From NCBI GenBank assembly GCA_030038115.1, contig JASHPM010000493.1:1-45577 (forward strand): 45,577 nucleotides of DNA, in the 5' to 3' direction. A model generated the notes under the pieces. It saw nothing but the letters and a program-made list of their open reading frames with translations. It ran no database searches and had not been told where the DNA came from. The position numbers and the translations under genes are program-made. Positions 1 to 9,012 of the stretch are shown one piece after another (positions within the stretch are counted from its first letter, which is position 1; each line of letters opens with the position of its first letter). The stretch is from Acidobacteriaceae bacterium. Its GTDB lineage: Bacteria > Acidobacteriota > Terriglobia > Terriglobales > Acidobacteriaceae.

Positions 1-311
1 TTCCCATCCTGCCCGCCAGTATCGCCCTATGTGACAGCGCACCGTAACCGCTGGGAACATGGGAAGGATGGCTCCTTTTCAGCAGGCCTGGGGACCCTGC
101 AGTAACCGTTCTTGTGTCCTCATCGTGCCCGCGGCAGATATGCGTCAAATAAGCCTTGGGAACCGCGTCCTCAAGACAGACCCCCCGGAAAATGCAGTAC
201 GGCCTGACAGGGCAGACTTGAAGGGTAAAGAACCTGATGCCCGCTGCTCGCGTTCAGGGCAGCGGGTCTTCTGGGGCAGGAGCAGGTGAGGTAATTTTGG
301 CCCCCCTGGCT

Positions 312-574
312 TTACCAGCGATAGATGGTCAGGTTATCCAGATAGACGATGGACGACCCGCTGGCACCCAGTCCGCCCACCTGGAAGTTGGTTAACAGTG
401 TGGGCGCCCATCTGAGCGCGAAGGCCGACGGCACGGTGGCATTGATGTTCTCCTGGAGGGTGTCGAGCCACACGCAGTGACAGGTGACGTTGCCTGAATC
501 GTCACGCCCACGACGGTTTCAACATCCGAGCAGGAATCTGCATCTGTATATGTAACTGACAGCGGCGCCAACAT
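312..574 (-). pseudogene. possible frameshifted small gene / gene remnant
   Basis: The ATG ORF 574->392 starts plausibly (MLAPLSVTYTDADSCSDVETVVGVTIQ) and then turns R/P/S-rich. A second frame is open from 518 to the TAA at 312-314. It encodes a protein-like C-terminus (...CHCVWLDTLQENINATVPSAFALRWAPTLLTNFQVGGLGASGSSIVYLDNLTIYRW*) but has no ATG, only a GTG at 471-473. Confidence 0.25.
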
Positions 575-604
575 CGCCGGGACTTATCGGAGAGCATCCA
601 CTTC

Positions 605-1672
605 ATGCAACGAGAATGGATCGTGAAGCACTGCATTCGGCTGTTCCTGGTGGTGTTGACTGCATTTCCGGCTTTTTCAGCCGCATACGGCGATTCCTGC
701 ACGACCCAGGCGCAGATGACGGCTGCGCAGCGAGAGGACTATGCGCAGGCAGCGCGCCTGGTCGCGGCCGATATCCAGAACGGGGACCTCCAGCGGCTTC
801 GCGACGATATCCTTCCCGCCGCAGCATCCGACTTCAGCGGGATCGAGCAAACAGCGGAGGCGCTGCGGCCACAGATCGAGCAGGCGGGCATTACCGTTGA
901 CAGTCTTTACGGCTTCGAGGCTTTAGCGGCCAACGGGAATAACCATGGGGCGCAATTCTTCTGCAGCCTGCCAGGCTCACCGATGACCGTGGTGCTGACC
1001 CTATCCAATCTGCCGCCGGGGGCCTATGTGCTGGCGATTCTTCATGCGACCGGCGTACCCAAGCCGCAGCAGATTTCGCTGCTTCTGGCGGAGACGCCGG
1101 GGAAACAGTGGAAGCTGGCGGGAATCTTCAGCAGGCCGCTGATGATGGCGGGGCAAAACGGGGTGTGGTACTGGAGCCACGCGCGAAACTATGCACAAAG
1201 AGGGATGGATTGGGCGGCGTGGTTCTATTACAGGATCGCGGATTTTCTCGTCCAGCCTGCGAGCTTTCTTTCCAGTCCGAATCTGGACCGGCTCAGGCAG
1301 GAGACGGAGCGAGTGCATCCACAGAACCTGCCCGGGGACCGGCCGATCACGCTCAGCGCAAACGGCTATCGATTCGATGTGACGCGAGTGGATACGACCG
1401 CCGAACTGGGTCCGCTGGATCTTGCGGTGCACTACTCGCCGGATGCGACAGAGGCGGTGGAGTTGCGAAATCCGGCGGCGGCTCGCCGGCAGGTGGTGAA
1501 CCTGATGGCGGGGATTCTGGCGCTGCATCCTGAGCTGCGCGAGGCGTTCAACGGGATGTGGGTCTATGCCGACGAGGGGACGACGACAGCATTTGCGCTG
1601 GAACTGCCGATGAACGAGATTCCGGGCGGGGCACAGGCCTCTGAATCGAAATCGAATTCCGCGGGGCTGTAG
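605..1672 (+). CDS. exported hypothetical protein
   Basis: 355-aa ORF with an ATG start. The N-terminus MQREWIVKHCIRLFLVVLTAFPAFSAAYG looks like a Sec signal peptide. No catalytic motif is recognised. The opposite-strand ORFs here are R/P-rich shadows. Confidence 0.7.
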   Translation: MQREWIVKHCIRLFLVVLTAFPAFSAAYGDSCTTQAQMTAAQREDYAQAARLVAADIQNGDLQRLRDDILPAAASDFSGIEQTAEALRPQIEQAGITVDSLYGFEALAANGNNHGAQFFCSLPGSPMTVVLTLSNLPPGAYVLAILHATGVPKPQQISLLLAETPGKQWKLAGIFSRPLMMAGQNGVWYWSHARNYAQRGMDWAAWFYYRIADFLVQPASFLSSPNLDRLRQETERVHPQNLPGDRPITLSANGYRFDVTRVDTTAELGPLDLAVHYSPDATEAVELRNPAAARRQVVNLMAGILALHPELREAFNGMWVYADEGTTTAFALELPMNEIPGGAQASESKSNSAGL

Positions 1673-1689
1673 GAGTGTGACCGGCCGAT

Positions 1690-2376
1690 TCAGGCAGCAG
1701 CGCCCAGACTGCGAGGGAGGATCCGAGGCAGAACATATGCAGCGACCTGGTCCGATACTTCCTGGATAGGCGCGGAGGGTATGACCGTGAAACCACCAAG
1801 CGCGTCGCTGAGCCTGAGGTATGAATCGCGACTGAGACACAGGAAGGCAATGGGATATTCCGGCTTGCGAGCGCGGGCAGCGACGGGATCGGCGTCGAGC
1901 AGGAAGCTGATGTCCGGGCGTGGCGCCAGGCGCATGATTCCGTGAACGCAGGCTCGCGTGATGGGGTTACGCAGACTGAGATTGGCCAGTTCATCGTAGA
2001 GATAGCGATCGAAGATGACGACGCGAGCCGCAGAATGACGCGACCTTCTCTCAATCCTGCGGAGGGAGAGAGCGTCCAGGAGATAGATACCGAGCCGGAT
2101 AGCAGTCATCAGAGGCGAGCGGACATTCTTATCACGCCGCTGTACGGGAGATTCCGGCGTACCGACGCCCCGATCGCCTTTGAAGAGCCAGAATCCAGCG
2201 CCTTCGCGCACGCTGCGTAGCCGGGCGACGTCATCCCAGAAAGCAATGATTTCGGTCTGGAAGCCGGCATCGCGCAGACGCGCGCAGAGACTGGCAATCT
2301 GAGTGCTTTTTCCGGCGCCGTCGATGCCGGAGAAGCTGACGAGCAGCGGCCGCGGAATGATGTAGTTCTGGCGCAC
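1690..2376 (-). CDS. thymidylate-kinase-like P-loop protein (Tmk family paralogue)
   Basis: 228-aa ORF with a GTG start. It has a Walker A motif FSGIDGAGKST near the N-terminus and an FDRYLYD motif as in dTMP kinases. It is the last gene of the minus-strand unit 5324->1690. Confidence 0.6.
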   Translation of the reverse strand: MRQNYIIPRPLLVSFSGIDGAGKSTQIASLCARLRDAGFQTEIIAFWDDVARLRSVREGAGFWLFKGDRGVGTPESPVQRRDKNVRSPLMTAIRLGIYLLDALSLRRIERRSRHSAARVVIFDRYLYDELANLSLRNPITRACVHGIMRLAPRPDISFLLDADPVAARARKPEYPIAFLCLSRDSYLRLSDALGGFTVIPSAPIQEVSDQVAAYVLPRILPRSLGAAA

Positions 2377-2405
2377 GGATCGGCTCCAATCGGTTCAAGA
2401 AGTAC

Positions 2406-2843
2406 CTAGTGCGGGTGGCTGGGGCTGCCAGCGGAAGCGGCGGCGACGGTTCCAATGGCGATGGCAGCGCCGACCAGCAGGCCGACACGGATGGCAATGG
2501 AGCGGATGCGTCTTTGCTTTGCGGGTGCGATGGCGGCTCCGGCGGGCCGCGAGGCGGGAACACCCTCGGGCTTGAGATACGGTGCGGCCGCAGTACCCAC
2601 GGGCTGTTGCGTGGAGTTTTGCTGCGCGGCGGATGGAGGAGGCTGAGGAGCATCCGGCTGCGCGTTCTGGCCGGCGGATTGAGCCGGCGCCGGAGCGGCA
2701 GCGGCGGGAGCTGGCTGAGGAGCATCCGGCAGGGGCGTTGTTGCGGTTGCGGCGCCTGCGAAGGGCTCGGCCAACAGCACGACAAGACAACAGACAACTT
2801 GCCGAGCGATCTGCCGTTTTAGCCAGGAAAACGAGATTCTCAT
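2406..2843 (-). CDS. Pro/Ala/Gln-rich membrane-anchored hypothetical protein
   Basis: 145-aa ORF with an ATG start. It has an N-terminal hydrophobic segment (VVCCLVVLLAEPFAGA), a long P/A/Q low-complexity spacer and a C-terminal hydrophobic helix (IAIRVGLLVGAAIAIGTVAAA). Confidence 0.55.
   Translation of the reverse strand: MRISFSWLKRQIARQVVCCLVVLLAEPFAGAATATTPLPDAPQPAPAAAAPAPAQSAGQNAQPDAPQPPPSAAQQNSTQQPVGTAAAPYLKPEGVPASRPAGAAIAPAKQRRIRSIAIRVGLLVGAAIAIGTVAAASAGSPSHPH
2641..2730. repeat. 18-nt perfect direct repeat, in frame, inside the P/A-rich CDS
   Basis: ggctgaggagcatccggc occurs at 2641-2658 and again at 2713-2730. The offset is 72 nt (24 codons). On the minus strand each copy encodes the repeated PDAPQP peptide. 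Confidence 0.8.
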
Positions 2844-2900
2844 GACTTACCCCCGGGACTTATCCCTGTATGAAAAGTTCAACCTGACTACCAGAGAGAG

Positions 2901-3299
2901 TTATGCCGCGCTTTCCGACTCGCCCTCGGGACCTCCGGTTTCGCACTGCGCAGACATGAGGCCGCCGGGGCGATGGCGGAAACTCTGGACTGCCTCTGCA
3001 GCGCTGGAATACCTCTCAAAGAGGCAGTCGACTCCCAGAGTCCGAAGCACCTCCTCAGCCTCGGCGTGCAACGCTGCGAGCTTCACATCGCCGTTGCGCT
3101 TAAGAGCCTCTTCAAGGCAGGAGAGCAGCAGATGAACGGCGGCATCATCCATGCTATGAACGCCGGAGCAATCGAGCACGATACGGGGGCGCTCGACATC
3201 AAGGCACGGCTGCAGATCGCACAGGAAGTTCCGCTCCACGGTTCCGGTAACCGTGGCCGGAAACCCGTGCACCATTACGACAGGCATTCTGACCAACAT
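2901..3299 (-). CDS. STAS-domain protein (anti-sigma-factor antagonist family)
   Basis: 132-aa ORF with a SpoIIAA/RsbV-like pattern: RPRIVLDCSGVHSMDDAAVHLLLSCLEEALKRNGDVKLAAL. It lies directly downstream of the MOP-fusion gene. Confidence 0.7.
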   Translation of the reverse strand: MLVRMPVVMVHGFPATVTGTVERNFLCDLQPCLDVERPRIVLDCSGVHSMDDAAVHLLLSCLEEALKRNGDVKLAALHAEAEEVLRTLGVDCLFERYSSAAEAVQSFRHRPGGLMSAQCETGGPEGESESAA

Positions 3300-3362
3300 T
3301 CCATTTGCTCCTTCATTGAAGCGATTTGAGCATCGAAACCTTGCCTCACGTTGACTCCCGAC

Positions 3363-5324
3363 CTATCCGGAATTCTCAAAGAGACGCGCCAGCTCAGCTT
3401 CCGGATGGTGCATGACATGGCGCAGGGTGTTCCGTCCATACAGCATGAGGGTGAGCAGGTTCGTCCTGTACCAGCAACATCGCACCATCCGCGGAGAGAA
3501 GCCGCAGAGGAAGCGAAGGCGATGGGCCTTGCCCTCCAGCACGGCCGCGACCAGGCGGTGATTTCCATCAAGGACGGTCAGCGGCTCCGATTGATTGATA
3601 CCGATGAGGACGATCGAGCCGGGTATGGGCTCGTCTCGAGCCAGGCGCCGCCGGAGTACGTCAATCTTCGCCTGAAACAGATGATCAATGGCCGACGGGC
3701 GGCTCAGCATGCGCTGGACGACACCGGTGACGGCGAAATCGCCGCGCGCGATTTTTCGCCAGTGCGCTCGCGGGAACACCCGAATCTGGCCGAGGCCCGC
3801 GGTTCCGACCTCGAACTCATACCACTCGGTGTCGGAGGGGAGTTCCTTCCACAGAGCGAAGTGACGCATGAAAAGGAGAGCGCGACGCCTGTCGTTCTCA
3901 CCGGGATCATCGAAATCGGGGGAGAAGACGAGGGCGCGCCGCGCTGCCTGGTACGCATGATAAGCGGGATTCTCGAAGTCGCTCTGGAGAAACCCCGCGA
4001 TGACTTCATCCTCCGAAATGCGCCGAATGAGCCGGATGGAGTGCAGGACGGCGGGGGTGCGGACAGCGGCGTTGCGCGAGGCGGTAGCAAGGAACGGCAC
4101 CCCAACCAGCACGAGCAGAACGATCATGAGCAGAAACTGCACCACGATCACCTGCTGCAGGGAGGAATGGAAACGGCAAATGCCCGCGACCACCACGGCG
4201 GTGAAGGCAAATTGCAGCCAGCTGGCATGGGCGATCCGGTACGACATTTCGTAAGCGATGATGACGGCACTGAGGGAGTAGATGACAGTAGCGACGGCCT
4301 TGAGCGCCAGGAGATACGAGAGTCCGTGGGGCCCGGCGATGCGGAAGCCGGAACCGAAGAGGGTGGACCACAGCGACTCAGGCGCGAGGCGGAGGCCGAT
4401 GGCCAGTATGGAGCCGATCAGCAGCACGAGCGCAAGAGAGGTAGCGATGAGCGAGAGGCCTCGGCGTTCCTCGTCACGTGTGCCGGCGACCACCGGGAAC
4501 ATGCCGTTCATCACAGCAGAGGAAAAGGAGAACACGACGCGGCCGACCATAGCCACGGCAGCGTAGAGGCCCGCGGCGGTGGGCGCGAAGTAGTGCTTGA
4601 CGAGGACGATGTCGCAGTTGTTGATAAGCATCTGCCCGGAGAAGAAGACCAGGGCCTGGAGGGATTCCCGCCACGCAAGCCGGAAGCGAAGCGGGCCGGG
4701 AGGCGGCGGCGCGAGCCTGGGTGCAATGGCGGCCCATGCTACGGCCATCGCCGCGGCGTTGGCAGCGATGACGCCGGTGACACCAAAGCCGGCAGCGGCC
4801 ATGAGCACCGATCCTCCAAGGCGAACCGCTCCCTCAAGAACGAGATTGGAAGCGAGGCGGCGGAAGCCGCAGGCGCCCTGGGTATAGCCGCGGCGGGTTC
4901 CGAGGGGGATGTAAAACGCCGCGCCCGCCGCGAGAAGAACGATGAGCAGGGGGCTGGGAAGATTCAGCCAGGCCGAAATACCGCGCCGGAAAAGCAGCAA
5001 CGCGAGTGCGACGAGGATGCCGCTGGTCCATGCGGCGCGGTGGAGATCGCGATAGGCAGCGCCTTTGCCGTCGGCGGAATTCTGCTGGGCAACGACTTTC
5101 GCGGAGACGATCTGAAAAGAGAGCGTTACCGCCGAGATGATGGTGAGCAGGGTGTAGACGACGGTAGCGTGACCAAAGCCCGTGGGGCCGAGGAAGCGCG
5201 CGACTGCGACGTTGTAGGCAAGATTGACCGCGGTGGCGAGAATAGAGCCTGACAGGAGGACGACGCTGCCGGAAACGATGCGCGCCTGAAGGGTTCTCGA
5301 ATTGCCGGACGGGCTGCTCAACAC
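3363..5324 (-). CDS. MOP/Wzx-family polysaccharide transporter fused to a C-terminal soluble domain with a ParB/Srx-like DGNHR motif
   Basis: 653-aa ORF with a GTG start and GGAG 10 nt upstream. Residues 1-~425 are about a dozen hydrophobic helices with the typical flippase N-terminus (LAYNVAVARFLGPTGFG). Residues ~430-653 are hydrophilic and contain PLTVLDGNHRLVAAV (codons at 3555-3569). Confidence 0.8.
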   Translation of the reverse strand: MLSSPSGNSRTLQARIVSGSVVLLSGSILATAVNLAYNVAVARFLGPTGFGHATVVYTLLTIISAVTLSFQIVSAKVVAQQNSADGKGAAYRDLHRAAWTSGILVALALLLFRRGISAWLNLPSPLLIVLLAAGAAFYIPLGTRRGYTQGACGFRRLASNLVLEGAVRLGGSVLMAAAGFGVTGVIAANAAAMAVAWAAIAPRLAPPPPGPLRFRLAWRESLQALVFFSGQMLINNCDIVLVKHYFAPTAAGLYAAVAMVGRVVFSFSSAVMNGMFPVVAGTRDEERRGLSLIATSLALVLLIGSILAIGLRLAPESLWSTLFGSGFRIAGPHGLSYLLALKAVATVIYSLSAVIIAYEMSYRIAHASWLQFAFTAVVVAGICRFHSSLQQVIVVQFLLMIVLLVLVGVPFLATASRNAAVRTPAVLHSIRLIRRISEDEVIAGFLQSDFENPAYHAYQAARRALVFSPDFDDPGENDRRRALLFMRHFALWKELPSDTEWYEFEVGTAGLGQIRVFPRAHWRKIARGDFAVTGVVQRMLSRPSAIDHLFQAKIDVLRRRLARDEPIPGSIVLIGINQSEPLTVLDGNHRLVAAVLEGKAHRLRFLCGFSPRMVRCCWYRTNLLTLMLYGRNTLRHVMHHPEAELARLFENSG

Positions 5325-5547
5325 GTTCGTGAGTCTCCAGCTGCGAGGGGATGGGTCCGGAGGTTTTTCCGCTGCAACAGAGAAACCCGGGCCGCCGGAA
5401 GTGGCTCAGAGACGCGGAAGACGTGCGGTTCTGTACCGCGACTACATCATCCGATGCGGAATTGCGCAGGGTGGCTGCTCGCGTCCGGTGAAATGCCGCC
5501 GTCGCGACAACCTCTGGTATTCCTGCGCGACTCTAACGAGTATCTTT

Positions 5548-6540
5548 ATGGCCGGTCGCATAGCCGCTGCATCGCTATTTCTTCTCCTGCTGCTCCACGG
5601 ATGCCCCGGCACACCTCGCCCAGTGCAACTGAAATACAGAGCCGCGGGAAATTCGCCGGAAATACTGGCGGTGTACGAACCATGGTTTGGGCACCCAGGG
5701 CACATTTCCGTGGGCTATTCTTCGCACGATCCCGCCGAGTTGCGCCGGCAGATGGAGGATGCGAAGCGCATGGGAATCTCGGGATTCGTGGTGGACTGGT
5801 ACGGGAACCGCGACCCGTTCAACGGCGAGACTTACACGCTGATGCAACCTATCGCCGCCGATGAGAAATTCACAATCGCCATGATGTACGACGAAACCAA
5901 CGTAGAGGACGGGGCAACGGATGAAGCGATCGCGGAATTCACGATGTTCCACGATAGGTACCTGACAGCGGCCGCGTCCGGGCAGGAGGCTTACCTTACG
6001 TATCTGGGCCGCCCAGTCATCTTTGTCTTCCCCAAAGGCGGATATACGGACTGGAATAAGGTGCGCGACGCGACCCGACGCTGGAATCCGGCGCCATTGC
6101 TGATCGACGAGAACCTGCCCGGCAAGTATGCCGATGCTTTCGACGGCTATTACGCGTGGATTAGTCCCGGATCAAAAGGCTGGGCAGCGGATGGCAGTAA
6201 CTGGGGCGAGGATTATCTGAGCAACTTTTACGGCACCATGGCGACAAAGTATCCTGACAAGATTATCGTCGGGGGTGCGTGGGCGCAGTTCAACGACAGT
6301 AAAGCATCGTGGGGTCTGAACCGGCATATTGCGGCACGTTGCGGCCAGACCTTCCGAGATACGTTCAACTTCTGGCGACAATACTTTCCAAGTGGACAGG
6401 TCATTCCTTTCATGCTGGTTGAGACATGGAACGACTACGAGGAGGGATCGGACATGGAGCCGGGGCTGCCCGGCTGCGGGGGACAGCCTGCGCCCACCTC
6501 GCTGGAGGGCGAAGAGGAAACAGCTACGGGGCCGCGGTGA
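5548..6540 (+). CDS. exported glycoside-hydrolase-like TIM-barrel protein (GH99/WbsX-like), possible lipoprotein
   Basis: The ATG at 5548 gives MAGRIAAASLFLLLLLHGC (signal peptide plus Cys). Motifs VYEPWFGHPGH, GYSSHDPAELRRQMEDAKRMGISGFVVDWYG and the C-terminal ETWNDYEEGSDMEP resemble the GH99-type YxxWYG / NEWxEG pattern. The upstream part of the 5302 ORF overlaps the divergent gene and looks non-coding. Confidence 0.6.
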   Translation: MAGRIAAASLFLLLLLHGCPGTPRPVQLKYRAAGNSPEILAVYEPWFGHPGHISVGYSSHDPAELRRQMEDAKRMGISGFVVDWYGNRDPFNGETYTLMQPIAADEKFTIAMMYDETNVEDGATDEAIAEFTMFHDRYLTAAASGQEAYLTYLGRPVIFVFPKGGYTDWNKVRDATRRWNPAPLLIDENLPGKYADAFDGYYAWISPGSKGWAADGSNWGEDYLSNFYGTMATKYPDKIIVGGAWAQFNDSKASWGLNRHIAARCGQTFRDTFNFWRQYFPSGQVIPFMLVETWNDYEEGSDMEPGLPGCGGQPAPTSLEGEEETATGPR

Positions 6541-6553
6541 GGATCGCGCGGGA

Positions 6554-7540
6554 TCAGGCGATGCGCAATCTGTAGCCAGCGGCGGGTTCGGAGGCGTCCG
6601 CTGCGCCGGTCTGTGCGGCGACTATTTCTTCGGAGTAGTAAACCTTATTGATGATGGAAAGCGGCCGGGCGCGCACTTCGTCGTAGACGCGCCCGAGATA
6701 CTCGCTCATCACGCCGAGGCAGAAGAGCAAAATGCCTCCAACCAGGAGAATGACGGCGGAGAGAGCGAGGCCAAGGGTGTCAACAGGGTTTGTGGCAAAG
6801 AGGGAGCAGGCAACCAGGATGACAACCATACACTCAAGGAAGCAGGAAAGGGCAAAACAAAGGCGCAATGGCTTATAGCTGAAGCTGGTGATCGCATCCA
6901 TCGCATACTTAATGCGACTAACAAAGGATAGCTTGCCGTCTCCTGCAAGGCGATCCTGGCGATCGTAATACACGACGTCATTCCGATAACCAATCCAGGC
7001 GCGCAACCCGGGCAGATAGCGGTTGCCTTCGCGCAAGGCATTGACGGAGTCCACGGCCTGACGATCCATTAGTCCGAAGATGCCGGCATCGAGCGGGATG
7101 GGGTAATCGGAGAGCGCGGCAAGAACACGATAGAAGACAGGAAAGAGCTTTGCGAGCAGCCGACGGCGCTCCTGACGGCTTCGCCTGACCGCGACGACCA
7201 CCTGGGCGCCTGCGCGCCAGGCATTGATGAGCTGGGGCAGAACTTCGGGGGGATCCTGAAAATCGCCGTCCATGACGATGACTGCGTCGCCGCGGGAAGA
7301 GCGAAGCCCCGCGGAGATGGCGCCCATGTGGCCCCAGTTTCGCGTCAAGTCGACGACGACGACATGCGGATCAGCGGTCTGGAGATCGAGGAGTAGTTCC
7401 AGGGAAGAATCTGTCGAGCCATCATTGACGTAGATGACCTCCCACTCTTCGCCGATGGTCTTCAATTCGCCGGCAACGGCTTCATTGAACCGGTAAATGA
7501 GTTCTTCTTCGTTATAGATGGGCACGACTACGGAAATCAT
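6554..7540 (-). CDS. GT2 polyprenyl-phosphate glycosyltransferase (ArnC/GtrB/CsbB/Dpm1-like)
   Basis: ISVVVPIYNEE, VNDGSTDSS and VMDGDFQDPPE (DxD) form a GT2 catalytic core, followed by two C-terminal TM helices. This is the architecture of polyprenyl-P sugar synthases. The ATG at 7540 has AGGAG 8 nt upstream. An alternative GTG lies at 7624. Confidence 0.85.
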   Translation of the reverse strand: MISVVVPIYNEEELIYRFNEAVAGELKTIGEEWEVIYVNDGSTDSSLELLLDLQTADPHVVVVDLTRNWGHMGAISAGLRSSRGDAVIVMDGDFQDPPEVLPQLINAWRAGAQVVVAVRRSRQERRRLLAKLFPVFYRVLAALSDYPIPLDAGIFGLMDRQAVDSVNALREGNRYLPGLRAWIGYRNDVVYYDRQDRLAGDGKLSFVSRIKYAMDAITSFSYKPLRLCFALSCFLECMVVILVACSLFATNPVDTLGLALSAVILLVGGILLFCLGVMSEYLGRVYDEVRARPLSIINKVYYSEEIVAAQTGAADASEPAAGYRLRIA

Positions 7541-7636
7541 TTTTGTAACTCCTGGGCCGTATGGAGGGGGAATTCCGGCATTGCTGCCGAGTGTCGTGCG
7601 CTCCCCTTCTTTTGATGCGTGCACGTGCAGGCAGGT

Positions 7637-8137
7637 CTACTGTTCAGATGCCGATTGGAAGATGCGTACCTTCCAGCGCGCGGCGGCAGGTGTGAGGACC
7701 ACGAGATAGCGGGTCCGCACGCGCTGGGTTGCGAGAACTTTGTCGCCGGCGAGCACCTGGTCATCGAATTCGGCGTGGTCGACCATCTGGATGGATAATC
7801 CGTCGGGCGAGTAGAAAACGATTTGCAGGCGGTGAATGGGATTCAGGAAGCGAGTGTGGATTCCGAGACCCACCTGCCCGGCAATGGTGTTGGCGAGCCT
7901 ATCCTGGGCGATTCCGACAAAGTCCTGATTGAGAAGCTGCGGCTGGTTCCAATCGAGAGCCGCCTGAAGTTCCTGCCAGGACTGCAGATAGTCGCGAACG
8001 ACAGCCGACTGCGTGAGTTGCTCGAGGGGCCGAGACCCCTGGAGGTCCGCAGGCTCAACCTGTACCGGCGACTGACCGAGGCAAGCTGCCAGTGGCGCGA
8101 ACAGGAGGCAGAACAGAATTGGAATGCGCCAGGTCAC
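7637..8137 (-). CDS. exported hypothetical protein (putative lipoprotein)
   Basis: The GTG at 8137 overlaps the upstream stop as GTGA. The N-terminus (M)TWRIPILFCLLFAPLAACLGQS is a signal peptide with a lipobox-like LAAC. An alternative GTG lies at 8152. No known motif was found. Confidence 0.6.
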   Translation of the reverse strand: MTWRIPILFCLLFAPLAACLGQSPVQVEPADLQGSRPLEQLTQSAVVRDYLQSWQELQAALDWNQPQLLNQDFVGIAQDRLANTIAGQVGLGIHTRFLNPIHRLQIVFYSPDGLSIQMVDHAEFDDQVLAGDKVLATQRVRTRYLVVLTPAAARWKVRIFQSASEQ

Positions 8138-9012
8138 CGGCTTCCCCCCCACCGAATCTGATTACCCGCGACCACTCCGCTCGCGGCCGAGATGGTGGCG
8201 CCGATGAAGGCGGGCATATCGACGCGCGCAACGTCGTGGCGGAGGGGAACGTCAACGGTGGACTGCATGCCGTTGTAGTTCTCAGTAAAGGTGACGATGG
8301 TGCCGTCAGGAATGGGATTGCCACTGCAGTCGCGCAGCGGAGCCGTCTCGATCCTCACCTGCTGGCCATCGGGCTGCGCGGTGATGGTGAGGTTGCAGGG
8401 GTCTCCGGGAACTTCCTGGATGACACGGGTAGCGGCTGCGGAATCCGCGCGGGCGACGAAGGTAGCGGCACCCTCTTTGGACGCGGAATTCATGCGGGTC
8501 CATGCCACGCCGTTGCGGGTGGTGACAGTCTGCGTCTGCGGCGAGCCGGAGGCCTGCTCGAGCTGAAAGGTGACGGGCAGGGGTGCGACGATCAGGTTGC
8601 GCCAGGCGTCGAAAACATATGCCGTGCCGCTGACGCCGCCCTGGAGTTCGACGGGAAGACGCGAGGGCTCGGCAAGAAAGCTGAGCGAAGCGGGCGGGCC
8701 GGCGGGCACTACGTCAAACTGGCCCGCATCGAGCGAAGAGCCCTGAGCCACGAGGATGGCGAGGTAGTGGCCGGCGTTAAACAGCACTCCGGCGGGAAAG
8801 GAGACGGGTTCTCCGAGCTGCACATCACGCCGCAGAGCCTGAGCGGGCCCAACGATGTAGAGCACCGCTTGTCCGCTGCCGGCGGTTGGAATCGAGAAGG
8901 CGCTGCCCGCTGCGATGCTCTGAGGCAAACCAAGGCTTCCGCTTTGCGCAGTCAACGCGGGTGCCGCGGTCATTAGAAAAGCAGCCAGCAGCAATGGGAG
9001 CGCGGATTTCAC
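8134..9012 (-). CDS. secreted protein with Ig-like (Big_1-like) beta-sandwich repeats
   Basis: 292 aa with a GTG start overlapping the upstream stop (GTGA). The signal peptide is MKSALPLLLAAFLMTAAPALTAQ. Segments such as VTFQLEQASGSPQTQTVTTRNGVAWTRMNSASKEGAATFVARA resemble bacterial Ig-like domains. Confidence 0.6.
   Translation of the reverse strand: MKSALPLLLAAFLMTAAPALTAQSGSLGLPQSIAAGSAFSIPTAGSGQAVLYIVGPAQALRRDVQLGEPVSFPAGVLFNAGHYLAILVAQGSSLDAGQFDVVPAGPPASLSFLAEPSRLPVELQGGVSGTAYVFDAWRNLIVAPLPVTFQLEQASGSPQTQTVTTRNGVAWTRMNSASKEGAATFVARADSAAATRVIQEVPGDPCNLTITAQPDGQQVRIETAPLRDCSGNPIPDGTIVTFTENYNGMQSTVDVPLRHDVARVDMPAFIGATISAASGVVAGNQIRWGGSR

Noticed and set aside
1-60. Possible minus-strand gene start (ATG at 60, AGGAG-like motif about 11 nt upstream) running off the left edge
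   Set aside because: Only 20 codons (MFPAVTVRCHIGRYWRAGWE) are visible and they are not diagnostic.
3351-5252. 633-aa ORF on the plus strand, opposite the MOP-fusion gene
   Set aside because: It is entirely antisense to a gene with clear membrane-protein character. Its translation is D/E/R/G-rich low complexity with no motifs, which is typical of a high-GC shadow ORF.
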